Shown: positions 1 to 10,130 of the stretch, piece after piece
Layout of the letters: each line of letters starts with the position of its first letter
How positions within the stretch are numbered: the first letter of the stretch is position 1
Assembly: GCA_945906115.1 (NCBI GenBank)
Contig: CAMDQP010000001.1
Coordinates: 1-45,504 of the forward strand
Direction of reading: 5' to 3'
DNA from: Opitutus sp. GAS368
GTDB taxonomy: Bacteria; Verrucomicrobiota; Verrucomicrobiia; Opitutales; UBA953
Length of the DNA stretch: 45,504 bases
The notes under the pieces: generated by a model
What the model was told of the DNA's origin: nothing
What the model saw: only the letters and a program-made list of their open reading frames with translations
Database searches by the model: none
Program-made: the position numbers and the translations under genes

Positions 1-184
1 CCGACTCCAGTAGGTCAAAGGGAGCCTTTTATTTGGGCTTCTGACATATCTCTGCCGGTCGTCTAGGTAGCTTGGTGGATGAGCCACCTAGCGCTAATAA
101 GGTCCGTTAGGATTGGTTAATAACGAATTTTTTACGATGAGGCATTGACTGAGGGGGAGTAGAGCCCCAAGCCCAACCTTTCGC

Positions 185-1969
185 ATGCAGAATTTCGCGA
201 GTCAGTGCCTGGACCAGACCAAGGCACTCCTCAAACTCAACTTCCACTCCCTTTCAGCCGATGGCACTGTCGTGCCAGTCGAAGGAGAGGTTTCTCGGGC
301 TGATGAGCCCGGCCACGCCGCCCTCGCCTTTGGGGAATACTTCCGTGCCACTGGGGAACTCCACCTCGACCGTCAGAATATCGCCGAGATTGTCGCCCGG
401 ACGATCACCGCCCAAGTCCGAATCAGCAAAGGGTCCGATAATGGCATGGCCTTCGCCTGCCTCGGCCTCCTCGCGTTCGGTCCGACCCGCGAACGCAACC
501 CGGTCTGGGAAATCCTCGACGAAGCCACCCGCGCCCTCATTGACGAGCGTCTCGCCATCGAGAACGACCATCATGACCACGTCCAAGCCTTTGATATCGC
601 TAAGGCTGTTTGCCGCTTCTCCTTTGGCCTGACCAAGAAGGACGAGACCGGCCCGCTGGTCGATCGTTTCATGGATCGCATCACCGCCGCTTCTACGGGC
701 GGATTCCAAGACGAAGCATCCAAGGGCGCCAACGCCGATAACTTTGGTGGCGCCTTCGATCTGTATGGCGTCGTCTCCCTGATCTTCATCCGTCAGTCGC
801 TCCAGCTGCACGCCAACATCCAGCTCCGCGACTCCAAGCTACCGAAACTGCGCTCGCTGGCCGAGAAATACATTCGTGTCATCATGGACACCGTCCGCGA
901 GGACGGCTTGGGCTGGTCTTATGGCCGTGGGATCGGCGCCTACGGCCAGATGCACTGCATCACCTTACTCCTGCAGGCCCTACGGGACCGCTGGGTGCCG
1001 ATCGACAAGGAAGCGCTGGCACGTGACCTGGTCCGTCGTCTTTACGCTAATTTCTTTACGACCTTCTTCGACACCGAACACGGCCTGATCATCGTCCGCG
1101 ATGCCGAGCGCGACACTATTCCGGGCCATACGACCCGCATGGCCAACTTCGACGCCGCTCGTTATCTCTCTCAGTGGTCGCGCCTCGCCAAGACCATTGG
1201 CGGCGACCTCGAAGTCGTCAGGCCAGCCAACCGTCAGGCAGTTTGTCGCTTCTTCTCTTTCGACAAGTCCCCACGCAAGGAACAGGGCCTGCTCTCCTAT
1301 CAGGATCCAACTTCTGGCCTGCATATCATCCTGCCGTTGGTGTCTTCCGGTTCGCACCGCTTCTCGGATTCACTGGCCTTCCCGCACATGCCCGGCGTCT
1401 TCGACTGGCCGTCCAATCAGCAGACCAGCCCATTCATTCCGGAATTTACCATCGCTGGTAAGGTCTACACGCCCTCCTTCTACGGAAAAAATGCCCAGGT
1501 CGCCATGGGCATCAAGGCTGGCACGTACCACTTCCGTTACGACCAGCCTGACCTGATTGACCGCGATGAGAAGATTTCCACCAACATCGCCTCCTTGAAG
1601 GTGGATTGGGAATTCAATGGGGGCCGCATCGTCGCCCGCTATACCCTGACTGCCAAGTCCGCTGTCATGCTCGAGGATTTCCGCCTGGTGCTCCCGATCG
1701 CCTCCACGCATTCACGCATGACTCCAGGCAACTCCCTCGTGCTCGGCGCCGAGTCCCATCGCTGCGAAGTGATCAAGGACGACTTCCATGCTACCTGGGC
1801 TGAGACCAAAGTCGTGAGCGATAGCCCCAAGCACCGTACCTGTTGGGGTAAAGTCCACTTCTACCAGACCTTGCAGCGGGACAAGTCGATGCCCTTACGC
1901 GCCGGCATGACCTACGCCTTTGAAATCGCCTACCAGCCCCACATCGTGCGGGCCGGGGACGCGGCTTGA
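185..1969 (+). CDS. Uncharacterised 594-aa protein; no family recognised. N-terminal half looks helical and C-terminal half beta-rich. No signal peptide.
   Basis: Longest ORF in the region, with host-like G/C-ending codons. Overlapping ORFs are short shadow frames. The N-terminus (MQNFASQCLDQTK...) has no signal peptide or TM segment. I can name no catalytic motif. ATG 185 has no obvious Shine-Dalgarno, so the start is uncertain. Confidence 0.6.
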   Translation: MQNFASQCLDQTKALLKLNFHSLSADGTVVPVEGEVSRADEPGHAALAFGEYFRATGELHLDRQNIAEIVARTITAQVRISKGSDNGMAFACLGLLAFGPTRERNPVWEILDEATRALIDERLAIENDHHDHVQAFDIAKAVCRFSFGLTKKDETGPLVDRFMDRITAASTGGFQDEASKGANADNFGGAFDLYGVVSLIFIRQSLQLHANIQLRDSKLPKLRSLAEKYIRVIMDTVREDGLGWSYGRGIGAYGQMHCITLLLQALRDRWVPIDKEALARDLVRRLYANFFTTFFDTEHGLIIVRDAERDTIPGHTTRMANFDAARYLSQWSRLAKTIGGDLEVVRPANRQAVCRFFSFDKSPRKEQGLLSYQDPTSGLHIILPLVSSGSHRFSDSLAFPHMPGVFDWPSNQQTSPFIPEFTIAGKVYTPSFYGKNAQVAMGIKAGTYHFRYDQPDLIDRDEKISTNIASLKVDWEFNGGRIVARYTLTAKSAVMLEDFRLVLPIASTHSRMTPGNSLVLGAESHRCEVIKDDFHATWAETKVVSDSPKHRTCWGKVHFYQTLQRDKSMPLRAGMTYAFEIAYQPHIVRAGDAA

Positions 1970-1978
1970 GGTCGGTTT

Positions 1979-2035
1979 CCCCGTCCGGCTAGCCTTCGGG
2001 GTTGTCCTAGGCCGTTACCGTGCCCTATTCCTAGG
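1979..2035 (+). terminator. Two GC stem-loops between the 594-aa ORF and metG; possible weak terminator or attenuator.
   Basis: CCCCG (1979-1983) pairs with CGGGG (1997-2001). The self-complementary CCTAGG (2006-2011) can pair with a second CCTAGG (2030-2035), followed by gtatcTTTTc immediately before the metG ATG. Stems are short and loops long. Confidence 0.3.
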
Positions 2036-2045
2036 GTATCTTTTC

Positions 2046-3587
2046 ATGCCCATTCCGTTCTACATCACCACGGCCATCGACTACGCCAACGGTTCGCCGC
2101 ACCTCGGCCATGCGTATGAGAAAGTCCTCACCGACGTGATCTCGCGCCATATGCGCATGAGCGGCCGTAAGGTGCACTTTCTCACTGGTCTGGACGAGCA
2201 CGGCCAGAAGGTCCAGCAGACCGCCCTTAAGCGTGGCGTTGAACCCCAGGTCCTCGTCGATGAGATTGCCTCGGTCTTTAAGGGCATGCTCGCCGACCTG
2301 AATATCTCGCACGACGATTATATCCGCACGACCGAACCGCGTCACCAGAAGATCGTGCAGCAGTTCCTGCAGAAGCTCTTCGACCAAGGCCTGATTTATA
2401 AGGGGCAGAAGACCGACTGGTACTCCACCCGCCAGGAACAGTTCCTCACCGACAAAGATCGCGCCCCGGACGGATCCTGGCCCGAGATCTACGGCGAGGT
2501 CACGCAGACGACCGAGGAGAACTACTACTTCAAGCTTTCCCAGTTTCAGTCCTGGCTCGTCGAGCACATCAAGTCGCACCCTGACTTCATCACGCCGCGC
2601 TTCCGCCAGAACCAAGTCCTCGAGTTCCTGAAGGAGCCGATGAATGACCTCTGCATCTCGCGTCCGAAGTCCCGCCTGACCTGGGGTATTGAGCTCCCTT
2701 TCGATACCGCCTTCGTCACCTACGTCTGGTTCGATGCGCTGACCAACTACTACTCTGCCGTCGTCGACAAGGGGCTCTGGCCCGCCGACGTCCACGTCAT
2801 CGGTAAGGACATCCTGTCGCCGCCCCACGCCGTCTACTGGCCCTGCATGCTCAAGGCCCTCGGTATCGAGCCGCCGCGCCAGCTGCTGGTCCACGGCTGG
2901 TGGACCGTCAATAACCAGAAGGCTTCCAAGAGTTCCGGCAACGCCACCAACACCCTCGGCTTCGCCGCCTCCCACGGCGCCGACGCTTTCCGCTTCTACC
3001 TGTGCCGAGAGATGGTGGTCGGACAGGATGCAGACTTCTCGACGATCACTTTCGAAAACCGCTACAAGGCGGACCTCGGTAATAATCTCGGCAATCTCGT
3101 CAACCGTCTCCTCAACATGGTCGGCCGTAATTATGGCGGTTCGATCCCGGCTGCCAGCGCCGACGAAGATCTCGAAAAGAACCTCCGGCAGCTCTGGAGC
3201 GATTCCATCAAGAAGTACGCCGAGTCGTTTGCCGAATACCAGGTCAGCCACGCCCTCGAAGCCCTCTGGGTCTTCATCAGCGCCATGAACGCATACATCG
3301 AGGCCCGGGCGCCCTGGAAACTGGCCAAGTCCGCTGACGCCGCCGATCGCGCTCGCCTCGATTCCTGCCTCGCGCATGTGGCGGAAGGCCTTCGCTTGGT
3401 CGGCACAATCCTCACTCCGGTGATGCCGGCCACCTGCGACAAGCTGTTGGTCAACATTGGTCGCCCTGTCGCCACCCATTTCGAAGGCCAGCTGACGTGG
3501 TCCGCTGCCTGCACGGGCTCAAAGGTCGCCGAAAAGTGCATCCTTTTCCCGCCGATCGAGGCTCCGAGCGAAACTCCTTCGGCCTGA
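2046..3587 (+). CDS. metG: Methionine--tRNA ligase (MetRS), short form without a C-terminal tRNA-binding appendage.
   Basis: ORF 1920..3587 trimmed to ATG 2046. The N-terminus MPIPFYITTAIDYANGSPHLGHAYE carries the class I HIGH-type motif in MetRS context. WFDALTNY and a KMSKS-position loop (reads KASKS) are present. The product is 513 aa. Confidence 0.95.
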   Translation: MPIPFYITTAIDYANGSPHLGHAYEKVLTDVISRHMRMSGRKVHFLTGLDEHGQKVQQTALKRGVEPQVLVDEIASVFKGMLADLNISHDDYIRTTEPRHQKIVQQFLQKLFDQGLIYKGQKTDWYSTRQEQFLTDKDRAPDGSWPEIYGEVTQTTEENYYFKLSQFQSWLVEHIKSHPDFITPRFRQNQVLEFLKEPMNDLCISRPKSRLTWGIELPFDTAFVTYVWFDALTNYYSAVVDKGLWPADVHVIGKDILSPPHAVYWPCMLKALGIEPPRQLLVHGWWTVNNQKASKSSGNATNTLGFAASHGADAFRFYLCREMVVGQDADFSTITFENRYKADLGNNLGNLVNRLLNMVGRNYGGSIPAASADEDLEKNLRQLWSDSIKKYAESFAEYQVSHALEALWVFISAMNAYIEARAPWKLAKSADAADRARLDSCLAHVAEGLRLVGTILTPVMPATCDKLLVNIGRPVATHFEGQLTWSAACTGSKVAEKCILFPPIEAPSETPSA

Positions 3588-4964
3588 TTGGACAATTCCC
3601 GCGGAGACCTTACCTTCCCGGCTGTGGATTCCGTCAAGACCATCGACGAAGTTGCCTTGCTGGCTGACGCTGAAAAGCGCGCCGCCGGTGAAGGGTTTGT
3701 CAGCTACACCTTTCCGGCGCCCGAACTCGATCCGCTAGCGGTGTTAGAGACGCTGAACGAACCGGCGCCGCGTGGGTATTTCGAAAATCCTTCGCGCAAG
3801 CGTTCCCATGCGGCCGGCGCGCCGCTTCGCCAATGGGCGGGACGTGGTGACCAGCGCTTCGTCGAAGCCGACAGATGGCTTCGCGCACTCGATGCCAGCC
3901 TGACCTGCGTCGGCCCGCGCCCACGCGTCATCGCGACGTTCCCCTTCTACCCCGGCAGCGACACCGATGGCGCGCAGGCCAAACTCTTCCTGCCTAGCTG
4001 GCAGGTCGTCAGCGAAGATGGCCTGACGACGGTCACCCTCTGCGAACTGGCTGCCCCGGGTTGTGCCGCCCGACTGGCCATCCGCGCAGAAAGCTTCCGC
4101 AAGTTCAGCTACCGCTCTAATCCCCCGCCGCCGCGCGCACCGGTACCGACCGTCCTTTCGGAAGTCGGCGGATCATGGTTCCCGTCCGCGGTCGTCCGCG
4201 CGACCGAGCTGATCAACGAGGGATCGTTCGAGAAGATCGTCTTATCGCGCGCCTTCGATTGGCGCCGAGCCGAGCCCTTCAGTGTCTACGCAACCTTGCA
4301 CCGCCTTCGTCGCGGCAATCCGCAGTGCCACACCTTCCTCGTCGACGAGGACGACGGCGCGTTCGTCGGCGCCACGCCCGAGACGCTCCTTTCCCTGTTC
4401 GACGGCTCCGTCCGTTCGGAATCCGTGGCCGGCACGACCCGTCGCGGCGAATCAGCCTCTGAAGACGCCAGCCTGGCTGAAGCCCTCCTGACCAGCGAAA
4501 AAGATCTGCGCGAACATAGCGCCGTCACCGCCTCGATCCTGCGGCGCCTGCGCATGGTCGGCGTGCTGGCCGCGACCTCGCGTAACGCCGAGCTCCTGCG
4601 CCTGGGCAACGTGATGCACCTGCGTACGCCGATTGAAGGTACCATGCCAATCGACCGTCGTTTCCTCGAGGTCGCCGGCGAACTTCACCCGACCCCGGCC
4701 GTCGGCGGTAAGCCGCGTGCGATGGCCCTTCCGTTCATCCCCGGATTCGAACCCCACCAGCGTGGCCTCTACACCGGTGCCGTCGGCTGGGTTCGTTCGG
4801 ATGGTGCCTCAGGCAAGCTCTTCGTCGCCCTTCGCTGTGCCCGGCTCAAGGGTTCCGAAGCCCGTGCTTTTGCCGGTGCTGGTATCGTAGCCGGCTCGAA
4901 TCCCGATGCTGAGTCGACGGAAACCGAGATGAAGCTACGCACGATCCTCGAAGCGTTGTTCTGA
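3588..4964 (+). CDS. menF: Isochorismate synthase (chorismate-binding enzyme, MenF/EntC type).
   Basis: Motifs seen are FEKIVLSRAF (general-base Lys context of isochorismate synthases), GATPETLL, LHPTPAVGG and RGLYTGAVGW. A TTG start at 3588 abuts the metG stop. An alternative GTG at 3624 is possible. Confidence 0.85.
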   Translation: MDNSRGDLTFPAVDSVKTIDEVALLADAEKRAAGEGFVSYTFPAPELDPLAVLETLNEPAPRGYFENPSRKRSHAAGAPLRQWAGRGDQRFVEADRWLRALDASLTCVGPRPRVIATFPFYPGSDTDGAQAKLFLPSWQVVSEDGLTTVTLCELAAPGCAARLAIRAESFRKFSYRSNPPPPRAPVPTVLSEVGGSWFPSAVVRATELINEGSFEKIVLSRAFDWRRAEPFSVYATLHRLRRGNPQCHTFLVDEDDGAFVGATPETLLSLFDGSVRSESVAGTTRRGESASEDASLAEALLTSEKDLREHSAVTASILRRLRMVGVLAATSRNAELLRLGNVMHLRTPIEGTMPIDRRFLEVAGELHPTPAVGGKPRAMALPFIPGFEPHQRGLYTGAVGWVRSDGASGKLFVALRCARLKGSEARAFAGAGIVAGSNPDAESTETEMKLRTILEALF

Positions 4965-4966
4965 GG

Positions 4967-5404
4967 ATGAAGGTCGTCCTCCAACGCGTGCTCTCGGCTT
5001 CCGTATCCGTGGAGGGAAGCACCACTGGCAAAATCGGCCCTGGCTACCTCCTGCTTGTCGGCTTGGCCGCCGGCGATGACGAAGCCACCGTCCGCAGGTT
5101 GGCTGCGGATGTCTCTAAGGCGCGTCTGATGCCCGACGATCAAGGTAAGATGGGCGTCAATCTTCGTGACGCCGGCGGACAGGCCTTAGCCGTGAGCCAG
5201 TTTACTTTGCTGGCCGATTTCTCCAAAGGAAACCGTCCGTCGTTCAATGGTGCCGCCAAGCCAGAAGTCGCCAAACCGCTGTTCGACTTGTTCGTCCAAG
5301 AACTTTCCACCCACCTTGGACGGCCCGTGCCGACCGGGGTCTTCGGTGCCGACATGCGGGTCGAACTCGTGAACGACGGTCCGGTGACCGTGGTACTTCA
5401 ATAG
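4967..5404 (+). CDS. dtd: D-aminoacyl-tRNA deacylase.
   Basis: The 145-aa product reads MKVVLQRV...LLLVG...SQFTL...GNRPSF...VNDGPVT, which is full-length Dtd architecture. It lies 2 nt after the menF stop. Confidence 0.95.
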   Translation: MKVVLQRVLSASVSVEGSTTGKIGPGYLLLVGLAAGDDEATVRRLAADVSKARLMPDDQGKMGVNLRDAGGQALAVSQFTLLADFSKGNRPSFNGAAKPEVAKPLFDLFVQELSTHLGRPVPTGVFGADMRVELVNDGPVTVVLQ

Positions 5405-5452
5405 TTTAGGCTTAACCTCTGGCCCTGCCGTCCCACCCTCTGAAGTTCGCCC

Positions 5453-6211
5453 ATGCTTTCCGTCCGCATCATCCCTTGTCTCGACGTCCACGGCGGGCGC
5501 GTGGTCAAGGGCGTCAAGTTCGAGGAGCTGCGTGATGCCGGCGACCCGGTCGCCGTCGCGGCGGCCTACGAGAAGCAGGGCGCCGATGAGTTGGTCTTTC
5601 TCGATATCACTGCTTCCAGTGACGAACGTCGCACCATGGTCGACGTCGTTGAACGGACAGCTGACCAGGTCTTCATGCCGCTCACCGTCGGCGGCGGACT
5701 TCGTTCCGTCGAAGATATCCGTACGATGCTCAATGCCGGCGCCGATAAGGTCTCCCTCAACACCTCTGCGATTAAGGACCCCGACCTCATCCTGCAGTCT
5801 GCCCGTAAGTTCGGCAGTCAGTGCATCGTCGTGGCGATTGACGCGAAGAACGTCGGCCCGGGCAAATGGGAGGTCTTCACCCACGGCGGTCGCAACGCCA
5901 CGGGACTCGACGCCATCGAATGGGCCCGCAAGGCACACTCCCTCGGCGCCGGCGAAATCCTCCTGACCAGCATGGATCGCGACGGCACGGCCGCCGGTTA
6001 CGACATCCCACTCAATCTCGCCATCTCCTCGGCCGTCGAAGTCCCCGTGATCGCCTCAGGCGGCGCCGGCAACCTTGACCACATGGCCGACGTCCTGAAA
6101 CAAGGCGGAGCGAGCGCGGTCCTCGCTGCCAGCATCTTCCATTTCGGCACCTATACCGTCCGTCAGGCCAAGGAGCACCTACGTGCCGTCGGCCTGCCTG
6201 TCCGCCTTTAA
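5453..6211 (+). CDS. hisF: Imidazole glycerol phosphate synthase, cyclase subunit.
   Basis: [25 protein letters not shown]...[13 protein letters not shown]...TVGGG...IASGGAG is a canonical HisF barrel signature. Confidence 0.97.
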   Translation: MLSVRIIPCLDVHGGRVVKGVKFEELRDAGDPVAVAAAYEKQGADELVFLDITASSDERRTMVDVVERTADQVFMPLTVGGGLRSVEDIRTMLNAGADKVSLNTSAIKDPDLILQSARKFGSQCIVVAIDAKNVGPGKWEVFTHGGRNATGLDAIEWARKAHSLGAGEILLTSMDRDGTAAGYDIPLNLAISSAVEVPVIASGGAGNLDHMADVLKQGGASAVLAASIFHFGTYTVRQAKEHLRAVGLPVRL

Positions 6212-7560
6212 GCGACGGGCGTCGGGACGGCTTTCGGCATCACCAGGATCTTGTCTAGGCGGTGGCCATCCATGTCCACGACCTCGAAAATGTGACCCAA
6301 GGCCTCAACGCGGTCGCCTTCGGCGGGAATGCGACCGAGGGTGCGCATAATGAAGCCGGAGATTGCGGTGAAGCGGCCGGAACCTTCGCCTGGGAAACGA
6401 CCTATAATGCCCGTGGATTCGCGAAAATCGTCCAGTGAGACCGCAGCATCGACAATCCAGCTACCATCTTCACGACGGCGGATTGGCTTGGGCTGAGCGA
6501 TGGGTGAACCTTCGTTCGGGAGCTCGCCGACGACCGATTCAAGCACGTCGTTCAAGGAGACAACGCCACGGACCCGGCCGAACTCGTCCATGACCAGAGC
6601 GATATGAATCTTATCCTTGCGGAACATCTCCAGCAACTGCGACCCCGTGCAGTGGGTCGGCACGGTCGGAGGCTCGGTGAGCAAGTCCTTAATCGAGGCG
6701 GTGCCGACGAGTGAGAGGTTGGCCCAGAGACGTTTCACCGAAACGACGCCCAGCGGACGGTCTGGCGAACCTCGATAGACGGGAAACCAGGTGTGGCCCG
6801 AGGCCACGACCTTGCGCCAATTGACTTCGTCCGTGTCATCAAGGTTAAGCCAGACGACGCGATTACTCGGCGTCATGAGACGCTCGGCGGTGACCAGATC
6901 CAAGGATAAGGCTCCATGCACCATGCGATGTTCCGCCGCATGAAGTACGCCGGAAGCCATGCCTTGATCGACCATCATGCGCAACTCATCTTCGGACATC
7001 GTGTCTTCGGGCGTCCGCTTACGACCGAAGAGGCGCAGGATGATGTCGGCGAAGAAACCCAGCGTGCTAACTAAAGGCGAAGCCAGGAAAGAGATGGCTA
7101 TCATCGGACGGGACAGGAGGACCGCCAGGTTTTCCGGATTAGAGAGCCCGATTCGCTTGGGAACGATTTCGGCCAGAACGATAGTCAACGAACCAATCAC
7201 GAAAGAAACGCCCGTGCGGGAGATGGCGTCCGCGTTGTCATGCAGCCAACCCCAGTTGCTGGCCTCAAGGAACGGCCTGATATGCGTCGCCAGCGGCGCC
7301 CCGCCGAAGGTTGCCGCGATGATACTGCCGAAAGTCAGTCCGACCTGGACGGTAGAGAGGAACTTCGAGGGGTTAGCGAGGAGCTCTAAGGCCGCCTTCG
7401 CCCCCTTGCTGCCATCTTCGGCCAGACGGGTCAGCCGACGACGATTAGAGGAGACCAGCGCCATTTCCGAAAGCTCGAAAATACCGATGGTGGCCCAGCA
7501 GGCTAGTATGACGAACAATTCCACGAAAAAAGGCCTAGGGACGACGGGACCATCAGTCAA
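6208..7560 (-). CDS. CNNM/hemolysin-family membrane protein (DUF21 TM domain, CBS pair, CorC_HlyC domain).
   Basis: The N-terminal multi-TM region with [11 protein letters not shown] is DUF21. A central CBS pair is present ([10 protein letters not shown]..., [21 protein letters not shown]). The C-terminal transporter-associated domain reads [15 protein letters not shown]...[16 protein letters not shown]. Confidence 0.9.
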   Translation of the reverse strand: MTDGPVVPRPFFVELFVILACWATIGIFELSEMALVSSNRRRLTRLAEDGSKGAKAALELLANPSKFLSTVQVGLTFGSIIAATFGGAPLATHIRPFLEASNWGWLHDNADAISRTGVSFVIGSLTIVLAEIVPKRIGLSNPENLAVLLSRPMIAISFLASPLVSTLGFFADIILRLFGRKRTPEDTMSEDELRMMVDQGMASGVLHAAEHRMVHGALSLDLVTAERLMTPSNRVVWLNLDDTDEVNWRKVVASGHTWFPVYRGSPDRPLGVVSVKRLWANLSLVGTASIKDLLTEPPTVPTHCTGSQLLEMFRKDKIHIALVMDEFGRVRGVVSLNDVLESVVGELPNEGSPIAQPKPIRRREDGSWIVDAAVSLDDFRESTGIIGRFPGEGSGRFTAISGFIMRTLGRIPAEGDRVEALGHIFEVVDMDGHRLDKILVMPKAVPTPVA

Positions 7561-7604
7561 ATCCGCTTGTTCACATCCCGCCTCCCCCTACGGTCTATCT
7601 CTTA

Positions 7605-9215
7605 ATGGCGACCCATTTCGAGGCAATCATCGTCGGCAGCGGCATCGGCGGGCTGAGTTTCGCGCTCAACCTCGCTCAGCGCGGGCATTCCGTCGCCATC
7701 GTGACGAAGAAGACGAGCTCGGAATCGAACACGAACTGGGCCCAGGGCGGCATCGCCTGTGTCACCGATAAGACCGATGACTTCCAGAGCCACATGAAGG
7801 ACACCCTGACGGCCGGCGATGGCCTCTGCGACGTCGATGCCGTGAAGCACATCATCGAGTCCGGACCAGACCGTGTCGCTGAACTCATCGCCTGGGGTGT
7901 CGAATTCGAGAACGGCACCGACGGCCGCCCCGATCTGGGACGCGAAGGAGGACATTCCCAGCGCCGCATCCTGCATGCCCGCGATATGACCGGGCGCGCC
8001 ATTGAATCCGCCCTGCTCCGCGCCATCGCCCGCTCACCGCAGGTGGTGATGCTCGAGCATCACCTCGTAATCGACCTCATCACTCGCGCCAAGCTCGGCG
8101 CCTGCCCGATCGGCGCTAGCGATGATCGCGTCCTTGGGCTCCATGTGCTCAACACCAAGGCTGGCCGGGTCGAGACGCTTTCGGCCGACGCCGTGGTCCT
8201 AGCTACCGGTGGCATCGGACAGGTCTACCAGTTTACGACCAATCCCGACATCGCTACCGGCGATGGCATCGCGATGGCCTATCGTGCTGGCGCCGAAGTG
8301 CGCGATATGGAGATGGTCCAGTTCCATCCGACCGCACTCAAGGCTCCAGACGGAAGTCGCGCGCTGATCTCCGAAGCCGTCCGCGGCGAAGGCGCCATCC
8401 TCCGCGACGTATCGATGCGGGCGTTCATGAAGGACTTCCACCCGCTGGGTGACCTGGCTCCTCGTGACATCGTGGCCCGCGCCATCGACTCAGTCATGAA
8501 ACGTGACGGCGCGCCGCACGTTTTGCTGGACGCCACTCAAGTGGCCAAAGGTCACTTCGCCGAACGCTTCCCGCATATCTACGCCACCTGCCTCAAGGCC
8601 GGCTTCGATCTCACGAAGGAGCCGGTCCCGGTGGTTCCCGCCGCGCATTATCTCTGTGGCGGTATCGCCACGGACCTCCGAGGTCAGACATCATTGCCGG
8701 GCCTTTTCGCCGTCGGTGAAGTCGCCTGCACCGGCCTGCATGGCGCCAATCGCCTGGCTTCCAACTCACTGCTTGAAGCGGTGGTGCTCGCCCATGACGG
8801 AGCCGCCGCCGCCCACGATGAAATCATCAGCAAGCTCAAGCCATCGTCGTCCCTGCCTGCCTGGATCGACGGATCGGCCGGCGATCCCGACGAACGCGTG
8901 GTGCTCACCCACAACTGGGATGAGCTCCGTCGCACGATGTGGGACTATGTCGGCATCGTCCGTTCCACCAAGCGCCTCCAACGCGCACGCACGCGTATCG
9001 GCACTCTGTCGGATGAGGTCCGGGAATATTACTGGAACTTCCGCGTCGAGCCACGCCTGCTCGAACTCCGTAACCTAATTCAGGTGGCCGAACTCATTAT
9101 CGACTGCGCGCTACAGCGTCGGGAGAGCCGCGGCTTGCATTTCACGCTCGATTACCCGGCTAAGCTGGCCGAAGCGCGCCACACTTCCGTGCGGCGACCC
9201 CAAGGTCGTCCATGA
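7605..9215 (+). CDS. nadB: L-aspartate oxidase.
   Basis: The FAD fold IIVGSGIGGL is present, along with NWAQGGIA, RILHARDMTG and HYLCGGI. Length (536 aa) is typical of NadB. Confidence 0.95.
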   Translation: MATHFEAIIVGSGIGGLSFALNLAQRGHSVAIVTKKTSSESNTNWAQGGIACVTDKTDDFQSHMKDTLTAGDGLCDVDAVKHIIESGPDRVAELIAWGVEFENGTDGRPDLGREGGHSQRRILHARDMTGRAIESALLRAIARSPQVVMLEHHLVIDLITRAKLGACPIGASDDRVLGLHVLNTKAGRVETLSADAVVLATGGIGQVYQFTTNPDIATGDGIAMAYRAGAEVRDMEMVQFHPTALKAPDGSRALISEAVRGEGAILRDVSMRAFMKDFHPLGDLAPRDIVARAIDSVMKRDGAPHVLLDATQVAKGHFAERFPHIYATCLKAGFDLTKEPVPVVPAAHYLCGGIATDLRGQTSLPGLFAVGEVACTGLHGANRLASNSLLEAVVLAHDGAAAAHDEIISKLKPSSSLPAWIDGSAGDPDERVVLTHNWDELRRTMWDYVGIVRSTKRLQRARTRIGTLSDEVREYYWNFRVEPRLLELRNLIQVAELIIDCALQRRESRGLHFTLDYPAKLAEARHTSVRRPQGRP

Positions 9216-10126
9216 AGATAGGTATCGTTGGAACGGGCGCCCTCGGAGGATGGTATGCCGCGCTGCTCGCGGAGGCCGGACACGAAGTGCACTGCCTTGC
9301 CCGGAGTGATTTCGATATTATCCAGCAGAACGGACTCACCATCCGGAACAAGAGCCAGGAAAGAATCGTGCGGGTCGCCGCCGCCTCGCCTGACGCCGCT
9401 TCAATCGGCCCATGCGATCTTATCGTCGTCACGATAAAATCGACCTCGAATCATGCCCTCCCGACGCTCGTGACCCCGCTGCTTGGCCCAGCCACGGTCG
9501 TCGTGACCCTCCAGAACGGCATGGGCAACGTCGAGGCTTTGGCCAAGCTGCTTCCCGTCGAGCGCATCGTCGCCGGCCTCTGCTTCGTGTGTATCAACCG
9601 CCTCGCCCCGGCCGTAATCGACACGACTCTCGCCGGTTACGTCCGGATGGCCGCCGCCACCGGCCCCATCAACTCTGCCGTCGAAACCTGCGTGGCCATT
9701 TTTTCAGGAGCCAGCGTGGATTGCCAGGCGGAGACTTCGCTCGAGTCCGTCCTCTGGAAGAAGCTTTGTTGGAATATCCCATTCAACGGACTCTCCATCG
9801 CGGGTGGCAGTATCACGACTGACCTCATCCTCGCGAACCCTGCGCTAAATGAGCGGGCCCACCTTCTCATGAAGGAGGTACAAGCGGCGGCTAGCGCCCG
9901 TGGCCATAGTTTCGAAGACACCCATATTAAACGTCAGTTCGTGGTTACGGTCGGGATGGGGCCCTATCGTCCCTCCAGCCTCATCGACTTCATGGAGGGC
10001 CGGGAGGTCGAAGTGGAGGGCATCTGGGGCGAACCGCTTCGACGCGGTCTAGCCGCTGGTGTGAAGATGCCGGAGACCGCAAAGCTGGTCGCCGAGATCA
10101 AGGCACGAATCGCCGCACGCAGGTAA
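9212..10126 (+). CDS. panE: 2-dehydropantoate 2-reductase (ketopantoate reductase).
   Basis: It has the N-terminal Rossmann motif KIGIVGTGALGGWYAALLAEAGHEV and the ApbA C-terminal motif WKKLCWNIPFNGLS. An ATGA start/stop overlap links it to nadB. Confidence 0.85.
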   Translation: MKIGIVGTGALGGWYAALLAEAGHEVHCLARSDFDIIQQNGLTIRNKSQERIVRVAAASPDAASIGPCDLIVVTIKSTSNHALPTLVTPLLGPATVVVTLQNGMGNVEALAKLLPVERIVAGLCFVCINRLAPAVIDTTLAGYVRMAAATGPINSAVETCVAIFSGASVDCQAETSLESVLWKKLCWNIPFNGLSIAGGSITTDLILANPALNERAHLLMKEVQAAASARGHSFEDTHIKRQFVVTVGMGPYRPSSLIDFMEGREVEVEGIWGEPLRRGLAAGVKMPETAKLVAEIKARIAARR

Positions 10127-10130
10127 GGCT

